Notes: generated by a model not told the origin, from the letters alone. A DNA stretch of 64,000 nucleotides from Pedobacter sp. (GCF_035317785.1 NZ_DATHGC010000382.1:33098-97097); one strand, 5' to 3'. Shown: positions 8,751 through 19,541, counted from the stretch's first letter. Numbers and translations: made by a program.

Positions 8751-11234
8751 TTAATAAGGATCCACATCAGCCTGCAGGATCACACTCCTGAAATCCTTTT
8801 CTGTCTGAAAGTCCAGCATTACCTCCTTTAAAACCGATTTTACTTTTACAATAGAAGTGTTCTTATCGCTTTTAATAATGACCTGTTTGATATAGTAATT
8901 CCTGATGCGCGACACCAGTGGCTGTTCCGGACCGAGAACACGGCTACCGAGCTGCGCTCTTAGCATTGCTGCAAACCGTTGTGCGGCAACATTTAATACA
9001 TCCGGATCTTTGTGCTTGATGTTGATAAAAATCAGCCGTGTGAAAGGCGGGTAATGAAACTGCTTACGCTCGGCCAGTTCTTCGTTATACATCTCCAGGT
9101 ATTTGTTTTCTATGACCTGGTTAATGATCCTGTGGTGATCATCATAAGCCTGTATGATCACTTTGCCCTGCTTGTCCCTTCTGCCAGCCCGGCCGGCTAC
9201 CTGCGCAAGGAGCTGATAGCTCCTTTCGAATGCCCTGAAATCGGGGTAGTTCAGCAGGGTATCTGCGTTGATCACCCCAATTAATGTTACATTATCAAAA
9301 TCAAGACCTTTAGCCACCATCTGCGTACCGATAAGGATGTCTGTCTTCTTATCCTGGAATTCGGAAATGATCTGCTGCAGCCCGTTTTTAGTCCTTGTAC
9401 TGTCCACATCCAGCCTGGCTATTACCGCATCAGGAAAGATCAGTTTCAGTTCCTCCTCTACCCTTTCCGTCCCGAATCCCTTTTGCTCAATATGCACTGA
9501 GCCGCAGGCCGGACAAATGTTGATGCTGCTCTGATGGTAGCCGCAATAATGGCAATGGAGTTTACCGCTTGTTTTATGGTAGGTAAGACTGACGTCACAG
9601 TTCACACATTTTGGCGCGTAGCCGCAGGTACCACAGATCAAAATAGTAGCATAGCCTCTCCTGTTCTGAAACAGGATCACCTGCTCTTTGTTTTCCAGTG
9701 TCAGCGCGATCTCGTCGACCAGCTTACCAGAAAAATAAGAGACCATTTTCTTTCTCTTGGTTTCCTCCGAGATACTGATCACCTCCTGTACGGGGAGTGT
9801 AACACCGCCATAGCGCTCATTTAAGGTCACCAAACCATATTTACCTCCGGTTGTGGCGTTGAAATAACTTTCTATAGAAGGCGTAGCCGATCCCAAAACT
9901 ACCTTTGCCCGGTGCAAATGAGCAAGGTAAATGGCGGCATCCCTTGCCTGGTACCTTGGCGGAGGTTCCTGCTGCTTGTAGGAAGACTCGTGTTCTTCAT
10001 CAACTACGATCAGCCTGAGTTCTTTAAAAGGCAGGAATACTGCAGATCTGGCTCCAAGTACCACCCGGTATTGCCCGGTCAGCACCTTATTCCAGATTTC
10101 CACCCGCTCATTATTATTAAACTTACTGTGGTATACACCAATTGCATCTCCAAAATATCTTTGTATCCGCTCCACTATTTGTGTCGTCAGGGCAATCTCA
10201 GGCAGCAGGAACAAAACCTGCCCGCCTTTTTCAATTGCCTGTTCGATCAGTTTAATATAGATCTGGGTCTTACCCGATGCCGTGACACCGTGCAGCAATA
10301 CGACATCTTTCTCTTTCAGCCTTTCTTCTATCTGAGCAAGCGCCCCCTGCTGCCCCCGGCTGAGTTCAAAATTGAGGATAAACTCATCATTATTGTCCTG
10401 CAGCCTGCTTACAGGCCTTTTGGATACTGTAAATATTTCTTTATCCACGAGGGTTTTCAGCGCAGCTGCGCCGCAGCCGCTCTCTTCCAGCAGTTGCTGT
10501 TTAGAAATTAAAGTTTGCTGCTTAGAAAGCTTTAAATAGGCTAAAAACGCATTGAGCTGTTTAGGTGCTCTTTCGAGAATCTCAAACAGTTCTCTCAGGT
10601 GCCCCTCCTCCTTATAAAAGGGATTCAGTCCGATGAACGATTTCAACAGGGGTTTATATTTTTCAACTACTTCCTCAGCGATGTAAAGCATGCCCTTACT
10701 GAGCAGGGAATTGATGACCGGATATACCCTTTTCTGTCCCAGTAATGCCGATACATCATCTATAGTAAGTCTTGGCCTGCTGCGCAGGGCATCCAGAATA
10801 GTTTGTTCTTTTTCTGTAAAAATTTCTCCGCCGGGATTTGCGTCTTCCTTCAGCACAACAATGGTCTCACTGGCCAGTTTTAATCCCGCCGGCAGAGCAG
10901 CTGACATGACATCACCTTCATTGCATAAATAATACGTGGTCATCCATTCCCATAGGGCAAGCTGCTCTTCTGTAATTACAGGATGCACATCAACCACATC
11001 AATAATGTACTTTGCCTCGTACACTTCAGGGGCATGGGTACTGATATTTTTAATCAGCGCCGTATAGATCTTATTTTTCCCAAACTGAACCACCACGCGT
11101 TTTCCGACCTCTACCTGATCATTCAGGTCAAAAGGTACACGATAGCTATAGTTTTTAGCCAGAGAAAGCGGCAATACCACTTCTATAAAGAGGGTTTCCC
11201 TTTCCTCGAAATCCACAGGATGAAAATCAAGCAT
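8751..11234 (-). CDS. priA: Primosomal protein N' (replication restart helicase)
   Basis: GVTASGKT, LPEIALT, DEEH, Cys-rich Zn knuckles, GTQMVAKG, QVAGRAGR and terminal DVDP. Confidence 0.98.
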   Translation of the reverse strand: MLDFHPVDFEERETLFIEVVLPLSLAKNYSYRVPFDLNDQVEVGKRVVVQFGKNKIYTALIKNISTHAPEVYEAKYIIDVVDVHPVITEEQLALWEWMTTYYLCNEGDVMSAALPAGLKLASETIVVLKEDANPGGEIFTEKEQTILDALRSRPRLTIDDVSALLGQKRVYPVINSLLSKGMLYIAEEVVEKYKPLLKSFIGLNPFYKEEGHLRELFEILERAPKQLNAFLAYLKLSKQQTLISKQQLLEESGCGAAALKTLVDKEIFTVSKRPVSRLQDNNDEFILNFELSRGQQGALAQIEERLKEKDVVLLHGVTASGKTQIYIKLIEQAIEKGGQVLFLLPEIALTTQIVERIQRYFGDAIGVYHSKFNNNERVEIWNKVLTGQYRVVLGARSAVFLPFKELRLIVVDEEHESSYKQQEPPPRYQARDAAIYLAHLHRAKVVLGSATPSIESYFNATTGGKYGLVTLNERYGGVTLPVQEVISISEETKRKKMVSYFSGKLVDEIALTLENKEQVILFQNRRGYATILICGTCGYAPKCVNCDVSLTYHKTSGKLHCHYCGYHQSSINICPACGSVHIEQKGFGTERVEEELKLIFPDAVIARLDVDSTRTKNGLQQIISEFQDKKTDILIGTQMVAKGLDFDNVTLIGVINADTLLNYPDFRAFERSYQLLAQVAGRAGRRDKQGKVIIQAYDDHHRIINQVIENKYLEMYNEELAERKQFHYPPFTRLIFINIKHKDPDVLNVAAQRFAAMLRAQLGSRVLGPEQPLVSRIRNYYIKQVIIKSDKNTSIVKVKSVLKEVMLDFQTEKDFRSVILQADVDPY

Positions 11235-11237
11235 CAG

Positions 11238-11618
11238 CTATTCTTTTAAGGCAGCTAAAAACATAGATAACCAACCGAGTATTAACAGCAGACCGCCTAT
11301 GGGAGTAACAGGACCAATGTAATCCACAAAGCCGGCATTCAGAAGACTTCGGGTGGCAAGCAGATACAGGGAACCGGAAAACAGCAGGATACCAAATGTA
11401 AAAAAGCCATAAGACAGTTTGACCAGCCTGTTCCCAATCTTGAACCGGGCCAGAAAAAGTAAGGCAAACACATGATAAAACTGGTACTCTACTCCTTTCG
11501 CCCATATTTCAAGGTCTCCCGCACCCACTGCTTTTTTTAGCCCGTGCGCCCCAAAAGCACCAAGTATTACAGCTATGGCTCCAAGTAAAGATGCAGTTAT
11601 CAATATCCGTTTATTCAT
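11238..11618 (-). CDS. DUF423/YgdD family membrane protein
   Basis: LGAFGAH, YQFYH, FSGSLY and TPIGG motifs. Confidence 0.92.
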   Translation of the reverse strand: MNKRILITASLLGAIAVILGAFGAHGLKKAVGAGDLEIWAKGVEYQFYHVFALLFLARFKIGNRLVKLSYGFFTFGILLFSGSLYLLATRSLLNAGFVDYIGPVTPIGGLLLILGWLSMFLAALKE

Positions 11619-11712
11619 ATTAGACCAGCTTTTTATTACAACAAAATTAACATTTTTTTACTGCTATGTGTGAATGCTTAGCCAGTTTTATCTAAGTTTG
11701 TACATACATCAA

Positions 11713-13323
11713 ATGAAAAGGATTCTCGTCTTAATTATTGTTTTGCTTACTGCCATTGTAACAATGGCTTACCTCTATTTTACTGGCCTCAAAGCAGATA
11801 AAAAAAATAATGACAATGCCCTGTACGCGGCAGCGTCCGGTTCAGCTTTCATCTTCGCGTTCCAGAACGAAAAGAGCATTTTGGACATTCTCAGCAGCCA
11901 GAGCCTGCTCAAAGAGATCATTGGAGACGAAAAATCTGAACAACTCCGGATATTGTACCAGTACCTGCTCAGTAAACCGGCGATCAGCACGCTTGCAGAT
12001 AAACAAAATATTTATGTCAGTCTGTACCCCGGAGCAGGTCACGGTATCGATTTTCTTTACAGCACACAGCTCAATACCGGATCCGGACCAGGTCAGTTGA
12101 TGAATGCATTAAAGTCTGCGGGGATCAGTACCAGCTCTGGTCAAAGTCTCAGCAAATTGATTTTGGCAGACAGCACGGTTTTTTATCTTGCGCTCAAAGA
12201 CAACCTGCTGCTGCTTTCAAGCGCTGCCAATCTTGTTCAGAACGGATTATCAGCAGTACCGGGAAAGGATGACAGATTTACGGAATACATTGAGTCTACG
12301 AGCAGACTAAGCAAAACCAGTCTTGCAGAAATATATATCAATTATTCAAAACTGCCCAAACTCCTGCAGGCTGCCATGCCGGGAAACCTGAACGGAGAAC
12401 TTTCAGTGCTGAACCATCAAAATGCTTTTGCATCGCTGGTATATAACTACAGCGCTGAAAAAATACTGTTTAACGGCAACACCCAGATCAATGATCCGGC
12501 AAGTTATTACCAGCTATTTGTGGGTTTTTCTGCTCAAAAGGTCACCATCAATAGGATATTGCCTCAAAACACTGCCAGTTATACAATTTATACCATAGCA
12601 GATTATGAGAATTGGAGAAAATCACTGAGCACCTGGTTCAACTCAAAGAAAGAATCCGGAAAAATAAACAAGATAATTAACCACATCAACACGAAATATC
12701 ACCTGGACCCTGAACAAACATTCCCCAGATACTTTAAAAATCAGCTCATAACTTTTCAGCTCAGTACAGCTGAAAAGATCGGCGCCCTTGAACTGACTAA
12801 TGGCGATAAACTCAAGCAACTGCTTTTGGACCTCAGCTCAAATTATAGTGATGACATAAAAGCTTTCTATGAGCCAGATCTGCTTTACTGCTATTTTGGC
12901 GAACCTTTTAAAAAATTCAGGAAGCCATACTATGCCATCATTGACAATTACATGGTATTCGCCAATAATGCAAGTACTGTGCAATCATTTCTAAACAGTT
13001 ATAAGGGCAACCGTTTACTGATCAACAACACAGACTATATTTATTCTGTTGGTCAGCTCCCAAATACCTCAGGCATTACTTTTTTTATAAATTTCAAAAA
13101 TTCTTCAGACCTGCTGCTGCAAAATGTATACTTGCCTTACTACAGACACATTACGGGTGAAAAAGGCCTTAGGGATTACAGTTCTTTTATTTATCAGCTG
13201 AGCGCCGAACAGGGAAAGTTCCAGACCAATATTCTGCTCAATAAAAAGGAAGAAGCACTTAAACCTGATTCATTGGAGATTGATGCTGATTCTTTAACAA
13301 TCGGCCTCCGACAAACAAATTAA
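11713..13323 (+). CDS. Membrane-anchored hypothetical protein (DUF3352-like)
   Basis: N-terminal MKRILVLIIV anchor and a long ORF. The family call is a resemblance only. Confidence 0.7.
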   Translation: MKRILVLIIVLLTAIVTMAYLYFTGLKADKKNNDNALYAAASGSAFIFAFQNEKSILDILSSQSLLKEIIGDEKSEQLRILYQYLLSKPAISTLADKQNIYVSLYPGAGHGIDFLYSTQLNTGSGPGQLMNALKSAGISTSSGQSLSKLILADSTVFYLALKDNLLLLSSAANLVQNGLSAVPGKDDRFTEYIESTSRLSKTSLAEIYINYSKLPKLLQAAMPGNLNGELSVLNHQNAFASLVYNYSAEKILFNGNTQINDPASYYQLFVGFSAQKVTINRILPQNTASYTIYTIADYENWRKSLSTWFNSKKESGKINKIINHINTKYHLDPEQTFPRYFKNQLITFQLSTAEKIGALELTNGDKLKQLLLDLSSNYSDDIKAFYEPDLLYCYFGEPFKKFRKPYYAIIDNYMVFANNASTVQSFLNSYKGNRLLINNTDYIYSVGQLPNTSGITFFINFKNSSDLLLQNVYLPYYRHITGEKGLRDYSSFIYQLSAEQGKFQTNILLNKKEEALKPDSLEIDADSLTIGLRQTN

Positions 13324-13344
13324 AATCATTAGATTTAGTCGTTT

Positions 13345-14781
13345 ATGTGTATGATGATCAGAAAATGTTTAACAATTTGTTTTTTACTGCTCTGTTTTAA
13401 TCAGCTTAAAGCGCAGCAATACGGCTTATTCAATACCAAAACGCTGTTTGATGGCTTTGAAAACCCGGCGCAAAAGACCTTTGTTCTGGATTCGTCCAGG
13501 CAATTTGCTTCAAACTTTCTATTGCCTTATTTTGGTATTCATGCGGTAGTCAGAGGCAACGAGAATGTCCTGCGCACTTTATTAAAAGAGGGAGTCTATA
13601 CCACAGCCGATGTTCCTCTGAACACCGGAAAAGTCAATAGCCTCTTTCAGCACACCAATATCTATTTGCTCAACTTCAAGCTTTTTAAATCTTATAAATA
13701 CCATAAGGAAATTGGTCTTTCCTGGCAGCTACGCGCCGATGCACAGGTAGATTACACCAATGAGACCTTAGCAATCTTTGACAATTACCTGCGCTTTTAT
13801 GACGAAAACAACAAGAACTTCAACAATGCTTTGAACGACAGGGGTTATTCCCAGTCCTATCACCAGTTTAGTCTGAGTTACAGGGAAAACTACAACAAAA
13901 AGCTGGCATTTGGCGTCAAACTCAGTCTACTAAGCGGGATAAGCTACAATAAGATCAATATTGACAATTCTTTTCTTACCCTGGAATCAGGAAACGGTCC
14001 TATGATCGTAGGCCTTAAAGGCAGCTATGCCACCAATTTTCAAACCGGAAAACAATTGGGCAAAAGTATTGCTCCGTTCTTCAAAAATCCCGGTGCGGCA
14101 ATTAGCCTGGGCACTTCGTATAGCGCAAAAAGCGGGATATTTATCATGGCCAACATTAAAGACCTGGGTTTGATCAGGTGGAGCAAAAGTTCTTATGTAA
14201 ATAACTTCAACAACCTCAATGATCCTCTTGTTTTGGATAGCCTTGATGAAATGGCTCCCGGAGATATTGAAAATGCAATCACCGGAGTTTTAACCAAAGG
14301 GAGCAAGAACTATGCATTTTATTCTGCTACTAACGCAAAGGCCGACTTTATGATCTCCAAAACCTATGGCTTTTATACACCGGGTTTGATTGTCTCAAAA
14401 AACATCTTCCATAAAGGAGGTGAAGTGGCCATGGTGAACAGATTTTATAACAGAAACTTCTCGGTTAATGTCGTACCCGCATATAACCTCTACAACTTCC
14501 TGCAGGTGGGAATGCAGGGAATGTACCAAACGCCCAATTTTGAGGTCTTTCTTGGGTCAGACAACCTGTTTAAGACAACTTCTCTCCTGGTAGGAAAGAA
14601 TGATTCGAATAGCGGAGTCAGTAAAGCCTATAACAGTGCGTCTGTTTACCTGGGCGCAAGCATAAAATTTGGTTATGTGGTAGAACATCCGCAAAACAGC
14701 AGCTATATGCCGGGTGTGGGCGATGACGAACAAAGCTTCTTCAAGCGAATGTTCAGTCTTTTCAAGAACGGTAAAAAGTAA
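13345..14781 (+). CDS. Exported, probably outer-membrane beta-barrel protein (DUF5723-like)
   Basis: Signal peptide, alternating aromatic beta-strand pattern and FLGSDNL motif. Confidence 0.7.
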   Translation: MCMMIRKCLTICFLLLCFNQLKAQQYGLFNTKTLFDGFENPAQKTFVLDSSRQFASNFLLPYFGIHAVVRGNENVLRTLLKEGVYTTADVPLNTGKVNSLFQHTNIYLLNFKLFKSYKYHKEIGLSWQLRADAQVDYTNETLAIFDNYLRFYDENNKNFNNALNDRGYSQSYHQFSLSYRENYNKKLAFGVKLSLLSGISYNKINIDNSFLTLESGNGPMIVGLKGSYATNFQTGKQLGKSIAPFFKNPGAAISLGTSYSAKSGIFIMANIKDLGLIRWSKSSYVNNFNNLNDPLVLDSLDEMAPGDIENAITGVLTKGSKNYAFYSATNAKADFMISKTYGFYTPGLIVSKNIFHKGGEVAMVNRFYNRNFSVNVVPAYNLYNFLQVGMQGMYQTPNFEVFLGSDNLFKTTSLLVGKNDSNSGVSKAYNSASVYLGASIKFGYVVEHPQNSSYMPGVGDDEQSFFKRMFSLFKNGKK

Positions 14782-14782
14782 A

Positions 14783-15466
14783 TTATTTCTTTTTCGGACT
14801 GGTCAGTACAAAGTCCTTCAGGTAAAAGGGCTCAAAATAAGCCACATCTTCAAATCTGCCTGCAGCAAATGCTACATCTGCCAGCCTGCTCATATGCGCA
14901 GCAGAGTTGAAATTCAGATCAGAAAATACCGCATTTTTATTCCTGAGCATATCAGCGCATTTTGAGGCGCCATCACCAATAAAAACAAGCTCATTTTTAG
15001 AGAGGAGGTCTTTAAAACTTTCAGGATCAATTATCTTTGCGTCAGTAGGTGCAACTTCGGTCAGTTCCTGATCAAACACAGCAGTAAAGACTTCCATCCT
15101 CCGTGCATCTATCATGGGGCAAATCAATCCGGTGCAATCAGGATTTGAAGACAGGTAACCAGCTGCCATCATTTGCAGCGTATCAATGCCAATTAAAGGC
15201 TTATCAAGTGCATAACAAAGTCCTTTGGCAGTAGACACGCCAATGCGCAAACCCGTATAAGAGCCGGGTCCTTTACTTACCGCAACAGCATCCAGCTCCG
15301 CAAACTGCAATCCTGACTGAGCCATTACATCCTGGATAAATAAGGTCAGGCTCCCTGCATGAATATTACTTGCCATCAGCTCTTTTAAAGCTATGGTATG
15401 ACCATCTTTTGAGATTGCAGCAGAGCAGACCTGTGTAGCGGTTTCGATTTGGAGTATAGTAGCCAT
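14783..15466 (-). CDS. tsaB: tRNA t6A biosynthesis protein TsaB
   Basis: ILQIETAT, GPGSYTGLRIG, IDARRMEV and EPFYLK motifs. Confidence 0.97.
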   Translation of the reverse strand: MATILQIETATQVCSAAISKDGHTIALKELMASNIHAGSLTLFIQDVMAQSGLQFAELDAVAVSKGPGSYTGLRIGVSTAKGLCYALDKPLIGIDTLQMMAAGYLSSNPDCTGLICPMIDARRMEVFTAVFDQELTEVAPTDAKIIDPESFKDLLSKNELVFIGDGASKCADMLRNKNAVFSDLNFNSAAHMSRLADVAFAAGRFEDVAYFEPFYLKDFVLTSPKKK

Positions 15467-15482
15467 TATATAAATTAAATAT

Positions 15483-15716
15483 TCAGGGAACAGGATCGTG
15501 GCCGTGTGCTCCCCAGGGATGACACCTGCCGATACGTTTTAAAGTTAGCCATCCTCCTTTAAACGGACCATGTTTTTTTATGGCTTCTATGCCATACTGA
15601 GAGCAGGTAGGTGTAAATCTGCAGCTTGCACCAAGCAATGGAGACAGCAACCATTGATAGAGCCTGATCAGACCCAGGAATATCCAGCCAATGAAAGTAT
15701 TAATGAGCCCCATCAT
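15483..15716 (-). CDS. yidD: Membrane protein insertion efficiency factor
   Basis: [17 protein letters not shown] and RCHPW...DPVP motifs. The likely start is the ATG at 15716, overlapping the rnpA end. Confidence 0.95.
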   Translation of the reverse strand: MMGLINTFIGWIFLGLIRLYQWLLSPLLGASCRFTPTCSQYGIEAIKKHGPFKGGWLTLKRIGRCHPWGAHGHDPVP

Positions 15717-16119
15717 CTGCCTCAACTCCTTTATGTCCTGTATCCAAAGCAGAAACCAGCTTCGTAAAGACAGCAGCCAGCTTCTTTTCAAAAAAAGAAT
15801 ATTCATAGATCTTTTTACCCACAAACTGCACAGAGAGCAGCAGCAGCTTCTCTTGCCCGGAAAGAAAAGGATAGAGCTGTATTTGTTTCTGAAGGCGGTA
15901 AGCCTCACGACAGCGTCTTTTTACCAGGTTGCGGTCCACAGCACGCTTATATCTTTTTTTAGAGACGTTAATGACCACCTGCGCAGGAAATTTAGATGGG
16001 GTATCTGCAAGCAGATAAGAAACCCGAAAAGGGTATAATAAAAAAGAAGAACCGTCTTTAAACAGCAAGTCGATCAACTTCCTGCTACATAACCGTTCTT
16101 CTTTATTAAATGTGTTCAT
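15700..16119 (-). CDS. rnpA: Ribonuclease P protein component
   Basis: KEERL and [24 protein letters not shown] (RNR motif). Confidence 0.96.
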   Translation of the reverse strand: MNTFNKEERLCSRKLIDLLFKDGSSFLLYPFRVSYLLADTPSKFPAQVVINVSKKRYKRAVDRNLVKRRCREAYRLQKQIQLYPFLSGQEKLLLLSVQFVGKKIYEYSFFEKKLAAVFTKLVSALDTGHKGVEADDGAH

Positions 16120-16183
16120 CTTTTTGATCGCAAATTTGCAGACTGTCCTGATCTGCTAACACTTAAAGTGCTGCAATCAAAAA

Positions 16184-16342
16184 TTATGCTTTATGACGAC
16201 GCTCGTCAGAAACTGATAATCTTTTTCTTCCTTTTGCACGGCGTGAAGCTAATACTCTTCTACCGTTTGCTGTAGCCATTCTTTCGCGGAAGCCATGTTT
16301 ATTTCTTCTCTTTCTTTGCGAAGGTTGGAATGTTCTTTTCAT
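16184..16342 (-). CDS. rpmH: 50S ribosomal protein L34 (absent from the ORF track)
   Basis: Translates as [52 protein letters not shown] and lies upstream of rnpA. Confidence 0.98.
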   Translation of the reverse strand: MKRTFQPSQRKRRNKHGFRERMATANGRRVLASRRAKGRKRLSVSDERRHKA

Positions 16343-16431
16343 AACTGTATTATATCTTAGACTATTTTTTTAATTAAGAGGTGCAAATATAGTGTGATTT
16401 TTTTCTATTTGCAAATAGATATTGGTTTTTT

Positions 16432-17172
16432 CTACATACCCAGTGCAGCTTTCAATTTTACATACCCGGTTTTGCTTACCGGCAACCAAATATCTGATTT
16501 TAAAAGTACAATATAACTGTCTTTTTCTTTTAGCTCAATCCGCGTGACCTGGGCCAGATTTATGATATATGAACGGTGAATTCTGATGAATTGTGCAGGA
16601 TCGAGCGTACGCTCAAAAAAACTCATGGTCTTATTTTTATGAAATATTCCTTCCGTCGTGCTCAGTTTCACGTAATCGTCATCTGCCTCCAGGTAATGAA
16701 TATCCGCTACTGCGATGATCTTGATCACTCCGTTCTTTTTCACCACTACCCTATTGTGCTGGGCCGGGCTCATCGCAGCTGAATCCAGTAATTCCTGAGT
16801 AGTTACCGCTTCAAGATTGCTGAGTCTGGATGCAATTTTTTGTACTGCCTGGTCAAACCGGCTCTTTTCTATCGGCTTTAGCAGATAATCTATTGCGTTT
16901 ACTTCAAAAGCTTTTATGGCATATTCATCAAAGGCTGTAGTAAATATCACCGCAGGTGGGTTCTCCACGAGTTCCAGCATTTCAAATCCATTGATCTTTG
17001 GCATCTGTATGTCCAGAAAAATAAAATCGGGCTGGTGCTGGGTAATGGCTTTTATACCTTCAAAACCGTCGCTGCATTCTGCTACAATCTCTATATCGGG
17101 GAAATCATTTAAATAATGCTTTACAATGTCCCTGGCCAGGGATTCATCATCAATTAATATCGTCCTTATCAT
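16432..17172 (-). CDS. LytTR family response regulator
   Basis: REC (IDDE, FLDIQMP, FTTAF, DYLLKP) plus LytTR (FIRIHRSYIIN, LPVSK). Confidence 0.96.
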   Translation of the reverse strand: MIRTILIDDESLARDIVKHYLNDFPDIEIVAECSDGFEGIKAITQHQPDFIFLDIQMPKINGFEMLELVENPPAVIFTTAFDEYAIKAFEVNAIDYLLKPIEKSRFDQAVQKIASRLSNLEAVTTQELLDSAAMSPAQHNRVVVKKNGVIKIIAVADIHYLEADDDYVKLSTTEGIFHKNKTMSFFERTLDPAQFIRIHRSYIINLAQVTRIELKEKDSYIVLLKSDIWLPVSKTGYVKLKAALGM

Positions 17173-18220
17173 TTCCTTGTATGGTTTGGGGTATCTTCAG
17201 CGTTGTTCTAAACAAATTTTCTTCAATGGCCTGTGCCTGCAGAAGACTTTCGTCTGCAAATAACAAATATAATCTTCTTTTAATGGCAGACAAGCCAAAT
17301 CCTGTCCCGCCTGCAGCTTTCATCTCCGGATCATATGGATTCTGCACGCAGATTTTCAGCACGTTATTGTCCACTGTTACCCGCATAGTGATCGTGATTG
17401 CAGCAGATGTATTGTACAATCCAAACTTAATGGCATTCTCGACTATTGGCTGCAGGAGGGTACCCGGCAAACTCATCTTCAGGCTTTCCGCGGCTATCGC
17501 CACGTCTATGTTTAACCTGTGGCTAAACCTTACCTTTTCAATATCCAGATAAAGCTGTATGTACTCCATCTCTTCTTCTACACTCACCCATACCTCGTCA
17601 TCTCTTTTTAGCGTTCCCCTCAGAAAAGCAGCCAGCTTAGTGATCATCGTGCCTGCTTCCTTAGGATTTACAATCGTAAGGGCATAAACTGAGTTTAAAC
17701 TATTAAACAAAAAATGCGGTTGCAGCTGATGTCTTAGCTTATTTAGCTCAGCTTCTTTAGATAAATTTTGAGCAGCCAGGAGCCGGTCCTGAGTTGCAGA
17801 CTGCTCTTCAAGCCTGTACCATAAAATATTGGCCAGTGCACACCAGCCTAAAAAAACAAATAATATAATAAACCGGACCAATAAGGAAAGATTTAAAAAA
17901 TTCATATAGGTTTTGTCTTCTGCAAACAGCAGGTGCAGCATGAATTTGCTGATGAAAGTAATGATCAGTGCGAGCATCACCGTGAGCACCAGTATAAATA
18001 ATATGGTCTCGTTCTTGGGCTGATAATAGCCTAACAGGTTGCTCAGACAGATGCATCCTGCCGCCAGCAGGGCGCTTGTGATCACACTATCAGCTACTGA
18101 AACCTGGATACTGAAATTCAGTGAATAATAATATAAAAACACGAACACGCATACCCATACCAGCAGTATCACTGAGGCAATGTTTTGTATTTTGGGGATG
18201 GATAAGGGCCTGGTTGTCAA
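17150..18220 (-). CDS. LytS/YehU-type membrane sensor histidine kinase
   Basis: Four TM segments, then QLQPHFLFNSLN, LQPIVENAIKFG and GTGFGL. Confidence 0.94.
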   Translation of the reverse strand: MTTRPLSIPKIQNIASVILLVWVCVFVFLYYYSLNFSIQVSVADSVITSALLAAGCICLSNLLGYYQPKNETILFILVLTVMLALIITFISKFMLHLLFAEDKTYMNFLNLSLLVRFIILFVFLGWCALANILWYRLEEQSATQDRLLAAQNLSKEAELNKLRHQLQPHFLFNSLNSVYALTIVNPKEAGTMITKLAAFLRGTLKRDDEVWVSVEEEMEYIQLYLDIEKVRFSHRLNIDVAIAAESLKMSLPGTLLQPIVENAIKFGLYNTSAAITITMRVTVDNNVLKICVQNPYDPEMKAAGGTGFGLSAIKRRLYLLFADESLLQAQAIEENLFRTTLKIPQTIQGNDKDDIN

Positions 18221-18230
18221 AAGTTTTTAT

Positions 18231-18596
18231 TTATTGGATCTCAATAGTTTCATTTTCACACTGAATATGCTGCTGTAAAAAGAGCTTACGCTGCTCAATC
18301 GTATTTAAAAAAGCGGGCACATCATTGGGTTCATGCAATATGGAAGTTATCTCAGCACCATCCTCCGGCATCTGTATCTCATGGAGATCTGCAATACAGA
18401 TGAATTTCCAGCTCACCACTTCCCCCATACAGTTTTTAAATGGAGGCTGAAAGCCATCAGCCTGTTCTTCTGCTTTTTTGAGTGCATCGTTGACGTTAGC
18501 CGCCTGCATCAGCCTTAGCTGCTCATCAAACTGAGCGTTATAGTTTCCTTCTCCGCTAACGATCTGATAAATATATTTTACTAAGAACCATTTCAT
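18231..18596 (-). CDS. DUF4288-like hypothetical protein
   Basis: MKWF...FDEQLRL...A..KA...F.N..GE.VSWKF pattern. Confidence 0.7.
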   Translation of the reverse strand: MKWFLVKYIYQIVSGEGNYNAQFDEQLRLMQAANVNDALKKAEEQADGFQPPFKNCMGEVVSWKFICIADLHEIQMPEDGAEITSILHEPNDVPAFLNTIEQRKLFLQQHIQCENETIEIQ

Positions 18597-18606
18597 AACA
18601 TAGGGT

Positions 18607-19398
18607 TTAAAAATTTCTGATATCTACACCTCCAAACAAAGCGACTCCTTTGATGACCAATATTTTGCGCTCAGCATCGGCTACCGGGCTGACTGCCCTT
18701 TTATCATCCATACCGCCAAAAATGGCCGTTATTTCCGATTTTATTTCCCAGCTCGGCGGAATAATGATCTTCATACCACCGAAAATCGCCACGACATCCA
18801 GTGTAACAGTGCCCTGAAAATCTGCCTGGGTTAAGTTGACGTCCGAGCCTCCGAATATTGCAATCACATCTCCTCCTTTGAAGTTTTTAGAGTATACATT
18901 CTGATGACTGCCGCCAAATACATTTACCGAATCCAGTACATCGTTATCTTCCTTGTCCGTATAATTATAGCCAGTATCTTCGGCCTTTGAGGAGGCATCA
19001 TCAAAATCAGCAGATTTACTAAAATTATCCCGGTCACGAAGCTTTGCTTTCCATTTACCATGCCACCTGTGATGGGTATTCTTAGGTTTAAAAATTACAA
19101 ACAACCCCAGGACAATGAATCCTATCGCAAAATAATATTTCGAAAAATCACTGTTTGTGATATCCTCCATAGTAAAAAAACCGCCAATCAGTACCATGAT
19201 CAGCCAGCCACCGCCATTAAAATTACGTTTGTAACCGACCAGTAAACCAATCACGATCAGCAAAGTGTGCCAGCTGATCACCCATCCGGGAATATGTATC
19301 CCCACATTTCTCAGGAAAAACACCAATCCCACACCCAAAATGATCAACCCGCTCCAAATCCTGCTGGTATTGTTATGTTTATTTTTACAGTTTTCCAT
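18607..19398 (-). CDS. LiaF-like cell-envelope stress membrane protein (N-terminal TMs plus DUF2154-like domain)
   Basis: Four TM segments followed by repeated (V/I)FGG motifs. First gene of the HK/LytTR operon. Confidence 0.85.
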   Translation of the reverse strand: MENCKNKHNNTSRIWSGLIILGVGLVFFLRNVGIHIPGWVISWHTLLIVIGLLVGYKRNFNGGGWLIMVLIGGFFTMEDITNSDFSKYYFAIGFIVLGLFVIFKPKNTHHRWHGKWKAKLRDRDNFSKSADFDDASSKAEDTGYNYTDKEDNDVLDSVNVFGGSHQNVYSKNFKGGDVIAIFGGSDVNLTQADFQGTVTLDVVAIFGGMKIIIPPSWEIKSEITAIFGGMDDKRAVSPVADAERKILVIKGVALFGGVDIRNF

Positions 19399-19453
19399 TT
19401 GTGTTATTTCTAAATCGTTGTCATACAGCAAAACGCTACACGAATTGCATGAT

Positions 19454-19541
19454 CAAATGTATACAGATTCCCTTCTCCTATCAACCCAAACAGCCCGTGT
19501 ATCAGAAAAAGGTCGGCAAACCACATCTTTTTATCGGTAAA
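19454..19541 (-). promoter_or_regulatory. Promoter of the liaF-like operon with putative LytTR direct repeats
   Basis: On the minus strand, TACATTTG (-7 element, 19454-19461) with TTG 20 bp upstream. TCGGCAAA (19513) and TCGGTAAA (19534) are repeated at 21-bp spacing. Confidence 0.55.

Noticed and set aside
9912-10511. Long alternative ORFs (for example 9912-10511, 47524-48129, 50569-51105, 22539-22973)
   Set aside because: These are antisense or off-frame shadows of well-supported genes and have no recognisable motifs.
15717-15908. N-terminal extensions given in the ORF track for yidD, mntH, rpoN, the E1 dehydrogenase and the aminotransferase
   Set aside because: They overlap neighbouring genes or promoters; family-like sequence begins at the downstream ATGs used here.
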